Assembly: GCA_051362555.1 (NCBI GenBank)
Contig: CM120648.1
Span: 7,498,587-7,562,586 of the forward strand
Direction of reading: 5' to 3'
Length of the DNA: 64,000 nt
From: Lingula anatina
Lineage: Eukaryota; Animalia; Brachiopoda
The position numbers and the translations under genes are program-made. The notes under the pieces were generated by a model. It saw nothing but the letters and a program-made list of their open reading frames with translations. It did not search any database and was not told the origin of the DNA. Positions 46,768-60,453 of the stretch are shown piece after piece (the stretch's first letter is position 1; each line of letters begins with the position of its first letter).

Positions 46768-46928
46768 CGGGTCCGTGGCAATAGCCCGAAAGTTCAATAG
46801 TCCGAAGGTTCATTGGTCCGAATGTTCACTATAGAACCTCCGGACCAATAAACCCTTGATTAAAAAAACCGATGAAAATGTTACGATTTTTCGGACCAAT
46901 GAACCGTCAGACTATCGAGACGCCCCCG
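46768..46928. mobile_element. MITE-like element with ~15-bp subterminal repeats in inverted orientation
   Basis: ggttcattggtccgaa versus ttcggaccaatgaacc; ends cggg / cccg. Confidence 0.55.
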
Positions 46929-49272
46929 AAGTGAACGCCATTGAGCCTGCTAACAACGTCCTCTTACCTCAGTAATAATTGAGAAACACACAGACTAACA
47001 TCTGTGTACGAGAAACACACAGATCGACTTACATCTGTGTACCCGTTAATTTACATGTGGGAAGAGGAGTATTGCCTTTGGTGAGCCCCGAGGAATGGTT
47101 AAATGAAGAACGTGAAATAAAACCCGGAAGAGATATCATAAAGGTGTATTACGAAAGGAAGACCTTGGATCGATTGATTTGTTTCTAGAACAAAAGGCCA
47201 GTTCGCCATTTTACATATTTGAAGAATACTTCAATTGCGCATAGGAAATTTTTTGTTAGTCTTTACCGGGAAGAATAGTTTGTGTGTAAATACGTGAACT
47301 AAGGTGCGACTCCATGTAACCTTCGATATAGGCCTACTCTAAACTCCTGACCGATATAAACAGAAATGCTAATCAACTCGCATCGGTTTACCTGTTTTCA
47401 ATGGAAGTTTCAAACCGGCGCCTTGAGACAGATAGAACCGCCGTTGATGCTCCAGAAGGAATTGTTTGAAGCAAAATGGGCAAGGAAATGACTTTACGTG
47501 ACTCATCACCGAAGACCTGTGACCGACTGATATGCTTACTGACGTTTGGTCAGCTCGACCACTGTCTATTGAAATCTATATACAAGCAGGCGGTTCGTGT
47601 AAGGATGATTATGAGGGGTCCGCCTCTAAGGGACGAGGTTTATGTACAATTAATTAGAAACTGAGTTTCGGCAACCGCTGTTTGACTGATATGGTTAATG
47701 GCAAGTCTATTGCACTAATTATCTGAATTTGACGGACACGTGGCTCTCGAAAGAACCAAAGGTCACACCTCGCAATGCCCCGACGATCTTAAAAGCCTCC
47801 TTGTGAAAACATCGCCTAGGTGTAGCCCACGCTGAGACGGCAGGAAGCATACAGTTCACATTTCACCATGGATGTTACGTCATGAATAGTATCAGACTTA
47901 CCACACGTTTGGCAAGGTTCTGTGAACACTGCACATGCTGTCTATCTGTGAATTTTATCCTTTGATATGTGCCATTCTCGTGTACTGTTTAAATCCTGTA
48001 ATGGAGAGAGCTGGCAAATGTGATAACGCCCAATTTAGAGCACAAGAAAACATTTAACTTACCAATTAATAGTGCCAAACACCCCATGGTGTAACCAATG
48101 TGAGGATCCAGAAATAGAGGACGCTCCATTGCCTTTGAACTGTATTATACCTTTTTTATTTGAGAGGGATGTGAGGATGGACAGTCTTAAATGAATTTAA
48201 CTCAGTCTTTCATTCCCCTGTATTCTATAAATGTTACTTACAGCACTTGATATTTCAAAGATTTTCGAATTTACAGTGTTGTCAATAGTCCCAGCATTGA
48301 GAACGTAGGCATTTGCGTCTTCAGCTAGACTTAAACAGCAGTGAGAGCATCGCATTCACACTACACGTACATGGGCAAGTTTGCTTATTATTTTAATAAT
48401 AAAATATGTATGTTTTTCTTCGTATTCTGTAAGCCCATTGTGGTCAAACTAATGCAGAAAGTAAACTTATCATCTAAGTCTTATTTAGGGTTTATCGCGT
48501 TATAATTAAATGTACATGTTTTTGTGCATAGCCGAAAACTATAGACAGACACGGCGCCGTCATTAAACTGTCTCTAGGTTTCATCTCCACTCTGCCATGT
48601 TCATGAATAATTACAATAAATATTTAAAAAGGAACCCATCGCATTTTTTACAACCCATTTGCATTTGTCTTACGTTACATGCATATTTTCTGAAATCTTC
48701 ATTTTTGGTGTAGGGACTATTCAACGATAAATTTAATTTTACGATTATAGCCTTATGAAGTCAAAGGAAGTAATTAATAGAATAATGCGGTTTGTTTTTC
48801 GTATCGTCTTTAAGTACGTGGGTATAGCGGTTTGTGGCAACTTGTACGTGCTGGATATTGTCACAGTGATGTAAAAATAGAATCCCTTTAGTACAAACTT
48901 TGGTGCTGTAATAATACACTTTGTGAACTAGAATAGTTCATAAAATAGAAATATGCCACGCGGCCTACATATACCTTTACATCGAGTTATTTGTAAATGG
49001 TTGAGAGTAAATTACTTTGGACGTACATTCGTCGCTTTTGACTCGCGATGAAGACCCGATTTTGGCGACAAATAAATATCTCAACATTATATTTTGTTCA
49101 GCAAAAGCATACAAATGGATTGCTTCAATGTCGAGTTTAAATATAAAAATGTAAGTTTCGTTATGTATATACATACACAAAGCGCTACATAAATATCTTT
49201 ACAACAACCAAAGGATACCGAGTACACTAAATCTTGAACCCTTCTAAGCCCAGCAGTATGACTTACTATTTA

Positions 49273-49427
49273 CAGGGGTGGATCCAGAGATATTTCCTGA
49301 CAGTCTTCCAAATTATCTTTGTTGATCCTCTATTTTTTGACCGACTTTCGACGGAAAAGATAGATACCCGTCAATGTAAACTTTAAAATCTGACTGCCTT
49401 CCGGAAGACGGTCTCAATCAGCCCCTG
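49273..49427. mobile_element. Family A non-autonomous DNA transposon
   Basis: TIRs caggggtggat / atcagcccctg; colinear with 43213-43378. Confidence 0.75.
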
Positions 49428-49725
49428 TAATGATGTTCAAATAAATAAGGGGTCAGCAAGGTGCTTTCTACGTCATCTTTAGTTTTTTCGCTGCATTCAA
49501 CCGTTTCTAGGCACATGTAGATACTAGCACATGTATATGCCACATTGTTTCTCCTATTGCGTGTTATTTTCTCAAGAGTATTGTGTTTTCACAGCAGATG
49601 CCAGGCACCCGTTCTTGGAACCAAAATTCTAAGAAAAAAAAACTGTGCCAGGAAAACACAAAGTTTGTTACTAAGTGTTAGATGCGACTGTTCATGCAAA
49701 GATTGCAAAAACCAGTATGCTAAAA

Positions 49726-49773
<48 letters not shown>

Positions 49774-50911
49774 GCGCGCACTAGTTCATGGAGACCACGA
49801 TGTCAAATATCGTATGTGTACCATACGTATGTTTCAATACAATTTTTTTTCAGCAGAACCATTGAATGAAGATACTGACTATGTGCTTATAAGTTATGTG
49901 ATTACTTATTACATATGCTGGCTAAAAGTAACGCTTGTTTTTAGATTAATCTTTTTTATGTGACAAGCCGTGGGTTAATTAAGTCAAGGGAAACGGCTCC
50001 ACGTTCCACTGTATTATGTAGTGCAGTACTTATCTTTAGGTGACTATAATTTTCGGGAAACAGGTCATTCGCAGTGATAATCGAACCTCGCGAGTGGTTC
50101 ATTAATGAGTGTGTCAATGAACCAGACTTGTCGCTGAATTAAGCATGGAGGTCATTTCGCTAAGAGGCCGTTTAGAATGAGTTGGGTAGCAATAGCTACT
50201 GGTCACAAACTGTGCGGGGACTGTAGCTGATTGCAATCCGATTAATTGGCAAACGCGCCTCCTCCTGGCGTTGAGTAGAAAAAAGAGAAGCTGGTAATTA
50301 TGCGAGTACGTTGGAAACAAGAAGAGGGGTGTACTAGTCTGTTAATCTGATTGCATTTAGCGAGAGTCGCTGTGGAGTTGGATCGATCTACGTGGACCGA
50401 TGCTTTCAGTGGGAATGAGACTGAAGACTCAGCGCTGCTTTCCTTGAAAATGTCATCTGCATATTAAGTTGGCTTGTACACGTGGTGGATTAAGTTGTCT
50501 TATGTTATTCAATCAATTGCTTCTAATATGCGGCGTCACATATTGAATAAAAGGTAGAAACAATACACAAGTGTGAACCACGGAGTAAAGCTCTGACACT
50601 TAGATACGATTTATTGAGGGGAAAAAAGGAAGTTTTCAGAGAAAATTAGAATGCCGCGTGTGGACCTTTAATGACAATTTAACGTATCTTTTTTGCTATC
50701 AGGTGTTTTATTTATTGTAACCACACGTTTCACAATTGGAATGCTGCGGCAATGTTCCGGCTTCTGAAGATTGTATATGTTTACTGACTGCATCAACCAA
50801 ACCTTGTAGACTGTTAAAAGACCTCAGGTACATTTTGTGCTTAACTTCATTAAGGGAAATAAACGCAGATGTTAAATTAACTACCAATGGGAGAAAAAGG
50901 AGGACAGAAAA

Positions 50912-50947
<36 letters not shown>

Positions 50948-50961
50948 AAACCTGAGCCCGT

Positions 50962-51281
50962 TATCCACTTAACCAAAAATGTTCGGAAACATCCTTTTTT
51001 TAATAATTATAATTTTTCTTATTGACATCACAAAACAAAACATACATCTTTCACACTAAACACATATTACAATTAATAATTAATAAATATTAATTATTAA
51101 TTAATAATTATAAAATAACCATATGAGCTAAGTTAAATATTTAAACCAAATATTGATGGATTGTGTACAAGCCATTCGTTGTTTTTTTATGTACACTAAA
51201 GATTTTTCCACTAGATTATATATATATTTTTAATGATTCAAAAACAATTCACGTTTCCGAACTTTTTTGGTCGAGGGCATA
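50962..51281. mobile_element. Tc1-like MITE with AT-rich interior
   Basis: Imperfect TIRs tatccacttaaccaaaaatgttcggaaac / gtttccgaacttttttggtcgagggcata. Confidence 0.6.
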
Positions 51282-52809
51282 TCCTGCTGTGTCATGGCTC
51301 TTGGTTTATGGACATTTCAAGACAGTTATTACATCGTAAACATGAAACTGCACGTGTAATGATATACTGTGAAAAGAAGTTCTAAGAAAAGAAGGTAATC
51401 AAAGGTCATCTTGACACGTCCTTGACACTTGAAAATTACCTATGTCTCAATATACAGAAGCAAGAAGACCAAGAAGGCCTTTTTGTGTGCCTCCTTACAA
51501 CGTCCTCCCCAAGACACTAAGGCTTGGTGTCTTTTTAAACTACCATTTCATTCTAATATCCTTTACACAGTCATACAAAACCTGAATCTGTTCACTTCCC
51601 ACGTTGCCTATTTTAAGAACAGAGCACGCTGTGGTATAAAGTAACCGAAACTCGAATCTGCCAAGACAATGATCTAATTGTAGATCACATTTATCCTCAG
51701 CGCCAAAATTAACTTTTGTATGGGAGGTAAGACTAAAATGTGTGAGTGTATATATTTATCTACATCTATATATCTATACATGCTTATCCAAATGTACTAT
51801 AAAGCACTGATCCAGCCAACTTTCAAAGGGATCTAGTGTGGAGTGAATAAATAAATATATATATATATATATATTCTGTCCCGACTACTAAAAGCTGTAA
51901 AGGGGTAATTAACTATGGTGCGCGCTCGGCTGACTGCAATTTAGCGTGAACCCCCATTGACGTTAATGTACACTAAACCCTAGTTTGCCAATTCAAGCCC
52001 CTGTTGCTTCGGGCTTGCGACCGCTAGCTTAAAGAACGGATTTTGGTCCCTTCTCATTGGAATGCAACTAAAGTAAAGTCGGTCAAATGTTAAAGTTCTT
52101 TAACGCCAATGTATGGATTTGTTAGTAATTTTCAAACACTGTCCAACACTCGCTTTGAATGGTGTGCACGTGGAAGTAGACAAAACGCGTGCAAGTCCGT
52201 TGTGCTTATAGATACTATAGTATCAGGGGCTTTTTTTAGACATCGAAGGTCTAAAAGAGCCCTTTGAATCATCGAACATTGTCGTGCATCATAAAGGTTT
52301 GTGATATAGGAGAGCACGTTCTCAAATGAACGCATTATTTGTTCACACATGGTACAGGGTGTGCTTTTGATATCATCACAACGGATTGAGAGGAACAGCA
52401 TGAGAGGATGGACCCCCTACATTCCCCGCTTAACAGGACTTACTGCATATGTTTCGGGTCCACCGAATGCCCAAATGATTGTTACTTAAACGTGAACAGA
52501 AGGGTTTCTAAATTACTCTATGGCATTGTGCCCAAAGGTATGCAATGGAGTGGGATGGTACTGAATTACCCAGAAAGTTGATGAGGTCACATCACACGGG
52601 ACCGAGTGGGACATAGGTGAACAGGTTAAATCTATACCGCATGGGATTTTCCCGCTAAAATGAGTTTTCCTCGAGGAACAAAAACCGATTTCTCTTGATA
52701 CGTTCTTCGACCCTTGCATGCAGAAAGGTTCGACGTTTGATAACATTTCAGCACTCCGAGCAACCTCATTTCCCATAACCAATTAATTAATTAATTAATT
52801 AATTAATAG

Positions 52810-53085
52810 ATCACCACCAAAGTCTAATCGATTCTGAGTGGGCCCATTCCTGACCTTCCCTGATAAAATCATCAAACCATCCGCCTATAACTTTAAACAT
52901 GTTGCTAATAGAGAATCAGAGTAATCAAAATCTAATCGTTTTTAAGTTATGACTTTTCTGAACTATTATGAAAATTTCCTCAAAATACGTCTTTTTTTCT
53001 TTTGCATAATATTGCCAACCAGCAAACAAACAGACAGACTAAAAAAAAAAACCAAAATCAAAACAACCTCCTTGGTGGAGGTGAT
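52810..53085 (+). mobile_element. Helentron-associated (HINE/DINE-1-like) non-autonomous element, 3' portion
   Basis: Two related internal units ('aa.tctaatcg.tt'), a CAAA/CAGA microsatellite and the terminal hairpin acctcc-ttggt-ggaggt (53066-53082), the usual architecture of these elements. Confidence 0.65.
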
Positions 53086-53194
53086 CGAATTTTAAATGTT
53101 TTCTGTAACATATAGAATGACATCTGCCTTCCTGACATCCACGATACACGCACTGCACAGATTGGGAATGGTTCGTGTTCACATTATATAGACT

Positions 53195-53507
53195 GGCCTA
53201 CCCAACTACCAGACTCGGCCCCGAATGATCCTGAATTTACCGGTAGATCAGACCACACTACCCGTTTTCAAGGTGTGTGTCAGATCGCATTACACAGTAT
53301 CAGACGCGACACCGCTCTTGCCTAGTACGCGATGTGATAGTGACGATTCTCAGCGGGGTTGAAAAGCATTGCATCACCACTCAAAATTTGTTCAGGGTAT
53401 GATACTGTGTAATGCGATCTGACACACACCTTGAAAACGGGTAGTGTGGTCTGATCTACCGGTGAATTTAGGATCATTCGGTGCCGAGTCTGGTAGTTGG
53501 GTAGGCC
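53195..53507. mobile_element. Young MITE with 108-bp near-perfect terminal inverted repeats
   Basis: 53195-53302 and 53400-53507 are reverse complements with 3 mismatches by eye; 97-bp spacer; no clear TSD. Confidence 0.9.
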
Positions 53508-55357
53508 TGATAGAGCAAATTAATGTGGCTTGGTGTTTTACTTCTTAGCCTAATAAAGTGTAGGATATGGACGTTTTAATGTCTGGTGTGAATTTGCGTG
53601 AAGCTTTAACTTGGATCTCACAAAGATCTCAGAAGTTAAAACGACATTTGTTATGCTTTGAATAGGCTTTTTAGATTTAAGGGTGTTTATCGTTTTTGAT
53701 GTCTAAAATGGGGAAGATGAAGTTTGAAGCACACGCAAAATAAGACTTTGGTACATTATCAACGCGAACCGAGTACCTTTAAAAACTGTAACATTTAGGA
53801 AATTTTCTTTCTAAACAGCGATAATAACTCTGACAACATGATACTTAAACGCCAAAGAAGTGATTCGGTCATTTTTTTTCTCCCGAACAGAAGTAAATAG
53901 ACCTAAATAACCGAAGAAGTATATTTGAAAAAAAAAAAAAAGATAATCGTTAGCATGTGCGGTAATGTCTTTCATTAGAAAACAAAGTATGTTCATGCAA
54001 CAGTGATGAACGTAAATTCCACCACAAAATATCTCGAGCTCGTTAGCGTGTCTGTAATGGAAATGGAAGAAACTAACGATCGAAAGTCATTTAACTTGGA
54101 AATAAAAACGGAAACTTCGCACTTAACGGGAATTCTTAATAACGGTTGAATGTAAAAACATGAAGAGTATGCAATTTGTTTAATGTGAACTGTTTACGTA
54201 TTATCTACACTGCTGCGTGTAAAGGCCCAATAACTAAAGATCTTCGGTTTACTACCGTGTCAAAGACTAAAATGAAATGGGTTTAAAAACGTCGGTCAAA
54301 GACTATAACATTCTTTTCTGCTCATAACAAAAACAGAGGAAAATATATGAATAAAACAAACGAGCGAACAAATAAAAAAATCCAGCGACATAGATTAAAA
54401 TGTTTGCACTGTGGGTGGGTTGAAGTGCCCTTTTCAGGGCCACCAAGGCTCGGTCTAACCAACATGCCACAATTACAATTGTGCGCTAGTGATTGTCTTA
54501 GTTTCGTAAGCCTCCAGGGAGCTGCCTCACGGGAGAATTTTAGTCGAAAATTAAGTCGAATATCGGTCTTATCTTTTGTTTCAGTTAAGTCTGAAAAGAA
54601 TTACATCCGACTAAATCATGTTTCACTGGCATCCTATTTTAGACGCCTGAGCTTAGTCCCAAAATACTATGAGGGCTCTTTACTGAGCGGGTTGTTGAAT
54701 AGAATGTTACTTCTATAATTCATTCCGCCAGCTCTTATGATGAATGTGTCTAGTTCGTGTGAGGTAATACACCCATACCCATAGCATATGATTGAAATAT
54801 TGTTCACACCGCAGATACATGTACTTGATATTGTATCTTGATAACAGATGCCATTAATTGTTAATCTCCTTGATGGTAGATACCGAAAGGAAAGCGTAAA
54901 CGCTCGCAACATCATTCTGAAGCATGAGCAGGTGTTGTGATGTAAGTGGCTCAAAAACAGGCGACGTATTACATACATAGTGATAAGAGTGCTCTATTAC
55001 AAATGTACATGAAAAAGATGGCGCATCATAAAGGAAGGTGCAATAAAACTTATAGCATATTAATATTAGGATTGTATTGGAGTCCTCTGAGAGAAAACCC
55101 TATAGAAATACACATAAAATATAAGGATGTACGTGTAACATAAAATGTAAGAACGTACGTGTGTATATCACAACACATAAGCACATATATGCACGTATAA
55201 GAGCAGAATAGCGGGGGAAAATCAATTAACTGGCCTGTGTGCCCAGTTTTAACAGACGCCGGAAAAATAGTAAAAAGTACATGGAGAAGAACTGTAGAGG
55301 AGTATAGCAAGGGAATAGGAACTTTAAATGATCACCTTTGTCCTTTTATATTGTAAT

Positions 55358-55407
<50 letters not shown>
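55358..55407. repeat. (GA)n microsatellite (others at about 42063-42091 and 50915-50943)
   Basis: Directly visible. Confidence 0.95.
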
Positions 55408-55410
<3 letters not shown>

Positions 55411-58293
55411 CATTGCAGTTGAAGGGATGCATCTAAAATATACCACTGGCGTGAGTATCAATGCAGCGAAACAAGGAACATCTTGGCATATACACAGAGG
55501 GAACGAGCTGTTCATTAAGTTTAATGAAAGCACTCTATCTTGATAACCAATAGCTCGTAAATGCACGTGGCACGAAATACTGAGAACGTAAATTGTAACA
55601 AATAAAACATTACACAAGTTACGAGCTCCCCGTCCCTAACAGGAAACACGACTCGCAAACTAATCGAAGCTTGAGATCTACATCTAGCTCTGCTTAATAA
55701 TGGTTTATTATCGCGAGTCGCCCTCTTGTAATTTCTCTGAAACAACTGGAAACAAACCAGAATAATTAAGACTTGATATTGGACCTGATGGACAATTGGA
55801 TCCAAGGGAATCTCGTGATGTGATGGAAATCACGCGAGATGTTATAAAATCGCTGGCTCCATCCTCACATTTACGAAAAGGACGGGCGTCTTCAGCCACT
55901 AGTTAATGTACGTAAAACTATCATATGGCCCACATAAATAGACCAAGGATTTATGTCAAGGAAAACTGGGGCGAATGACCTTTTCCGTGGGAATGGGGTT
56001 CCTGCAATCTCCTTATACTAGGAAATGAACGTAGCATCATCACATATAAATGATTGGAAATCCAATCTAGTCGTCTGATCGCGCGAACGATCGGTTTACC
56101 CTCTCTGTAAGAGATACTGGGGAAAACAACTTGACCTATAGCTATATTTAAACTACTTATTAATTTTGTTCGACTCAATCCATATCAGGGCTTATTATGG
56201 CGACTAAACCCCTTCTCAGCACGAGCCATGACTACACTAACCTCCACATGCCTATGAGGAAGATGATTTATTCCAAACGCCTAAATACTCTTCAACTGAA
56301 GTCACCACTTGGGTATTCTGGTCGAAAAATAGAGACAATATTAACAAAAACGCCTTCACCTTGTTCACGAGTGTCCCGGTACGTATAGACAGTGATCAAA
56401 ACGCCAACTGGATTTTCAACACTTAACCTGAATCTATGCTAGAAAATTCCTGACGTCATGATGACGTCAAGGTCTGGCCGCTGTCTTGACTCTTAGAGTT
56501 TTACCATGGCTTTTTATTCAGATTTCTTAGCTTTTTAAAATGTACTTCTTACAAGAAATGTAAACATTTCCACATGCATTTATAAAATCTGAGCCGTGTC
56601 TAACTATATCTTAGTTCTCTGTATAGAAGCAAATAAAAAACAGTTCTTTTTTAAATTTAAACCTAAGTTCGCAATGGAACAGATAGAAAACGTGCAGTTT
56701 GCATGCAGAGAGTCAGGGAACCCCTTAACGATGTACTACATAAGATCGTGCGTAGGCACCTGTAAAATAATATTCCCTTAAACATGATCTTAACTGCAGC
56801 TTTCAATTCTAGCATCACGCTTTTCTCTGTCGCTATAACGCTTACGCATCACAATGAGGATTTAATTTACGTTATCGGAGGTCTTTTTGTCTACGACACA
56901 TTAAAACTGACAGGGTTAGACATAAAAACTCTTCAAATACTGTCTTTACGTACATTTTTTTTTGGATAATAAATGAATCTTAGGTGTTCACCGACTAAAT
57001 TCCTTTGCATTTACACAAATGTCAATTTGCCAATGACGTCATGATTGCGATTTTAGGGTAAAAATAGCAAAACCAGTTTCTCAAATTTCTCTTTTACCTA
57101 AGCAGCCACGAACACTGTTTTAACACCAATTTAATGGCATCACCGAGTACTTCAAAACCATGCCAGCGATTTTTCTTAAAAACCTTAGCTCAGTTTTTTT
57201 GGTCAATATGTTCAAAGAATGCCTTTGTTCAATGATGCTTTGTAATTAGGGGTTCATAACTCCATGACAAAAAACATTTAAACTAAAATGACTGTACTTG
57301 ACGCCATACACTTGTCGTCATCAATGCTAATTTTCGTGATTAGGTCTTGTTCAGGAATGAAGTTACGTCCCATTACGTTAAGGGCTTGCTATCTCACCTC
57401 AAACAGAAAGATGTTAAATTGGCGATAAACGCTCTGGGGCTGTGAGGTGCCTATGCTTATGCTTAGCAACGTGAAACATTAACGCCGATATTTTATATTT
57501 TCGATGAGATTTTTGAGTGTTTTTAATCAGCAAAAATGTAGATGCATTATGAAATAATTAGGTGCACGAAAAACCTTATTTTCGGCAATTTGTTATTTTC
57601 ATAAACCCTGTTAGTACCCTGGTGCAGTAAAGATTAGATGTCAATAGCGGTAAGTAAGCGGATATGCCTATTACCTAAGCGAAGCCTGCAAAATGTTTTT
57701 AATGCTTTACGCAATACAATTAACTGCAAAGCAATATGCAGCACATTACGGCAGATTAATGCAAACCAAACTCCGACACGCAGCTAAAAAGGTTTACGCT
57801 TCCTAAAAATAAGTTGTAAAGTGTCTTAGGGTAGACCCAAATTAAAGATGCATTGCGTAGTGTGATCCTTTCTTAAATAAGATAGATGTAAACGCCCTGC
57901 CATCAGAAAGGAAATGTAATATCACGGATGGAGGATTGTGTTCAGATAAATTGGTTCGGAAATTGGAAGACATCCGATATATGTAGGTAGGAAGTGAGAA
58001 TAAAAATAAATTGTGATGGAACCCCACCAATCTACTTCATAGTAAATGTGTTGGTTTGTGGTCTTGGTTGGCCCAGAACTTGATTCCAGTGAACTGAACT
58101 CTGAGGTGAAAATCCTGCTTTCTCTCCTGGCGCTATTATTGCGTTCACACGTAAGATTTTTGCTTCTACCGCCCCTGGATATTTAAAAACTGCTTTTCGT
58201 TCGTATCAAATGGCGTTTATGGTTATTTTCAAAGCATTTCGAGTGGAAAAAAACAGTGACTCGAGATATTGAAGACTTGTTGTCGGCAATTTC

Positions 58294-58325
<32 letters not shown>

Positions 58326-60213
58326 GGAGGAGAGCCTATGCCCGGAAGGAAATTTTACCTCCTGTGTTGTCCCATATAGAAAAACTACATCAAAATTAAA
58401 GTTCGAGTGCACCTCTCTGTCCTAAAGGTCAGTGCTTTGCAACCAGTTGCATCTCCTCTTCCCACGGGCTTGCTTGACTTATACTATACTTATCTCGAAT
58501 GGATTGTATCTTACCAAAGCCAGCGTTATTCGACTCAACATATCTGTATACAATACATCTGGCATAATGCACTCCACCCTAATTAGAATATTATGGTTAA
58601 AACGTTGGAACAACGTGTGATGTATTTTCTCCATCCCCAAAATATTTGCTTCATTTTAAACTAAGATAGCCGTGTTTTCTAGCATGTATTTCACAGAGGC
58701 TAATAAGTGTAAATTTAATCTAAAATATTTAGCAGTCGTGATACGGTATAAGTTAGCTTTTAAATCGTTTTTATGTCTTCCCAAAGGAGCGTTCTCCCTC
58801 TTTCTTTTATTATCAATTTCTCATTTGTTTTAACCTTATTTTTGATTTGATAGGATCGAGTAGTGATGCACATCCTTTGCGGTTTGTAAAGGTCTCCCCT
58901 CTGCGAGAGAGAATAGCATGCACGCCAATGCAGCATCAAATTACATGGATGTCCTCTCGTCCTTGAACTGTTTAAGCTGCAGTCAAAAAAATGAGCGACG
59001 GAGGCGTATTCCGAGGCAGAGAAAGAGAAGGAGACATTTATGTAACACCTTTCTCTCCTTAAAAAAACTACTATAATCCAATCCGACTTTATTTGTGCGG
59101 TGGGAATATCATTTGGTTTAGGCAATTAATACAGATATTGAAATGCCCGTTACGATTCGCTGGATTAGTGTTAAGGTCGTTACCAATTGCTTAAGCTCCG
59201 TCCTTTTTTATACCATTCTTTCGTACTTGAACAACACACACGGTATTAAGTTAGATCAGTTGTATGCTCTCTGAAAATATCCTTTCGTTATTTATTGATT
59301 TGTCTGTGTGCAATTTTCTTGAAAAAAAATACAGATTTTGAATAGCATGTTAATGTTTTCTGTTAAGCCAAGTTGGAGTTCATTAACCTTAGTTGGAGTA
59401 ACGGAATATTGCCACATTAATGAAATCACTGCCTCAGATGTAAGAAATAAAATATTTCAAGAACAGCACGAATCCTGAGTTCAAGTCCTATACGAATAAC
59501 AATGCTTCCAATGTCTGATACAGTTGGAGAAAATAGCATAATAGATAATTTGCAGGAGGTGTGTTGTATTATTTTAAGTCTGTAATTTCCCATTCTCTTG
59601 TGACCATGATATCCACTTTTTACTTAAAAGCAATTTATCATTGAAAATCAACTCAAACTCCGATAAAAAAGATCTGCCTACTTCCACTTCGATGAGAAAG
59701 AATAATAATGTAATTATGTATTTGCTTTGTTGAACTATTGGAAGTCTTTTCATTTTATTTATTATTGCTTACTTAGTTGTTTGCACACTGTTCGCACACT
59801 GTCGTCATATTGATCATGCTCTGTGTTTTTAGATTAACGCTGCTGAAACCTCAAAAAGCGGCGCGTTTTTGTTAAACCTGCTTTCTATCACCCAATGTTA
59901 TTTGCAGTAGGGATTTTTAGATGAATAGCATTAGAAATGCAAAATATACTTCGTACTCAGTTCGGTTGGACAATTAGTGATAGTCAGTCTGTTTCGTTAA
60001 AAAAATACAGATATATGTTTGCATGTCATATTAGATTATGCATAGGCCTATTCCTATATGAAAAAAAATCACCGTAATAATTCAATTTACCGTTTTATAT
60101 ACATTTGTGAAAATATGGGACGGAAACCTACAAATCCTGTTATCAGCTTTAATTTCGTTTGTTGTCGTCAGTAAGCCAATGAGACTATTACGGCCCTCTA
60201 TATTCAAAATAAA

Positions 60214-60453
60214 GGATGCATTTACATTCACACATTCATACTTCCTGAGTCGAACCAACCATGCGAGAGACTCTAACTAAAGTGCAAGCACTGGAATCAG
60301 CTTAATCAGCACACGGTAGTTGACTAAACGTACCCCCTAGCTGCCGGAGGAAGCATGTCAGACAATTTAGCTGATCCACTAATTGCACTTCAGCGAGAAT
60401 CCTCCACTGAGTTGGATCGACCAAGCTTGCACAGTGTGAATCTGAATGCTGTC
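60214..60453. mobile_element. PIF/Harbinger-like MITE, same family as 15553-15745
   Basis: Ends ggatgcatttacattcacac / gtgtgaatctgaatgctgtc and the shared 24-bp exact core. Confidence 0.7.
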
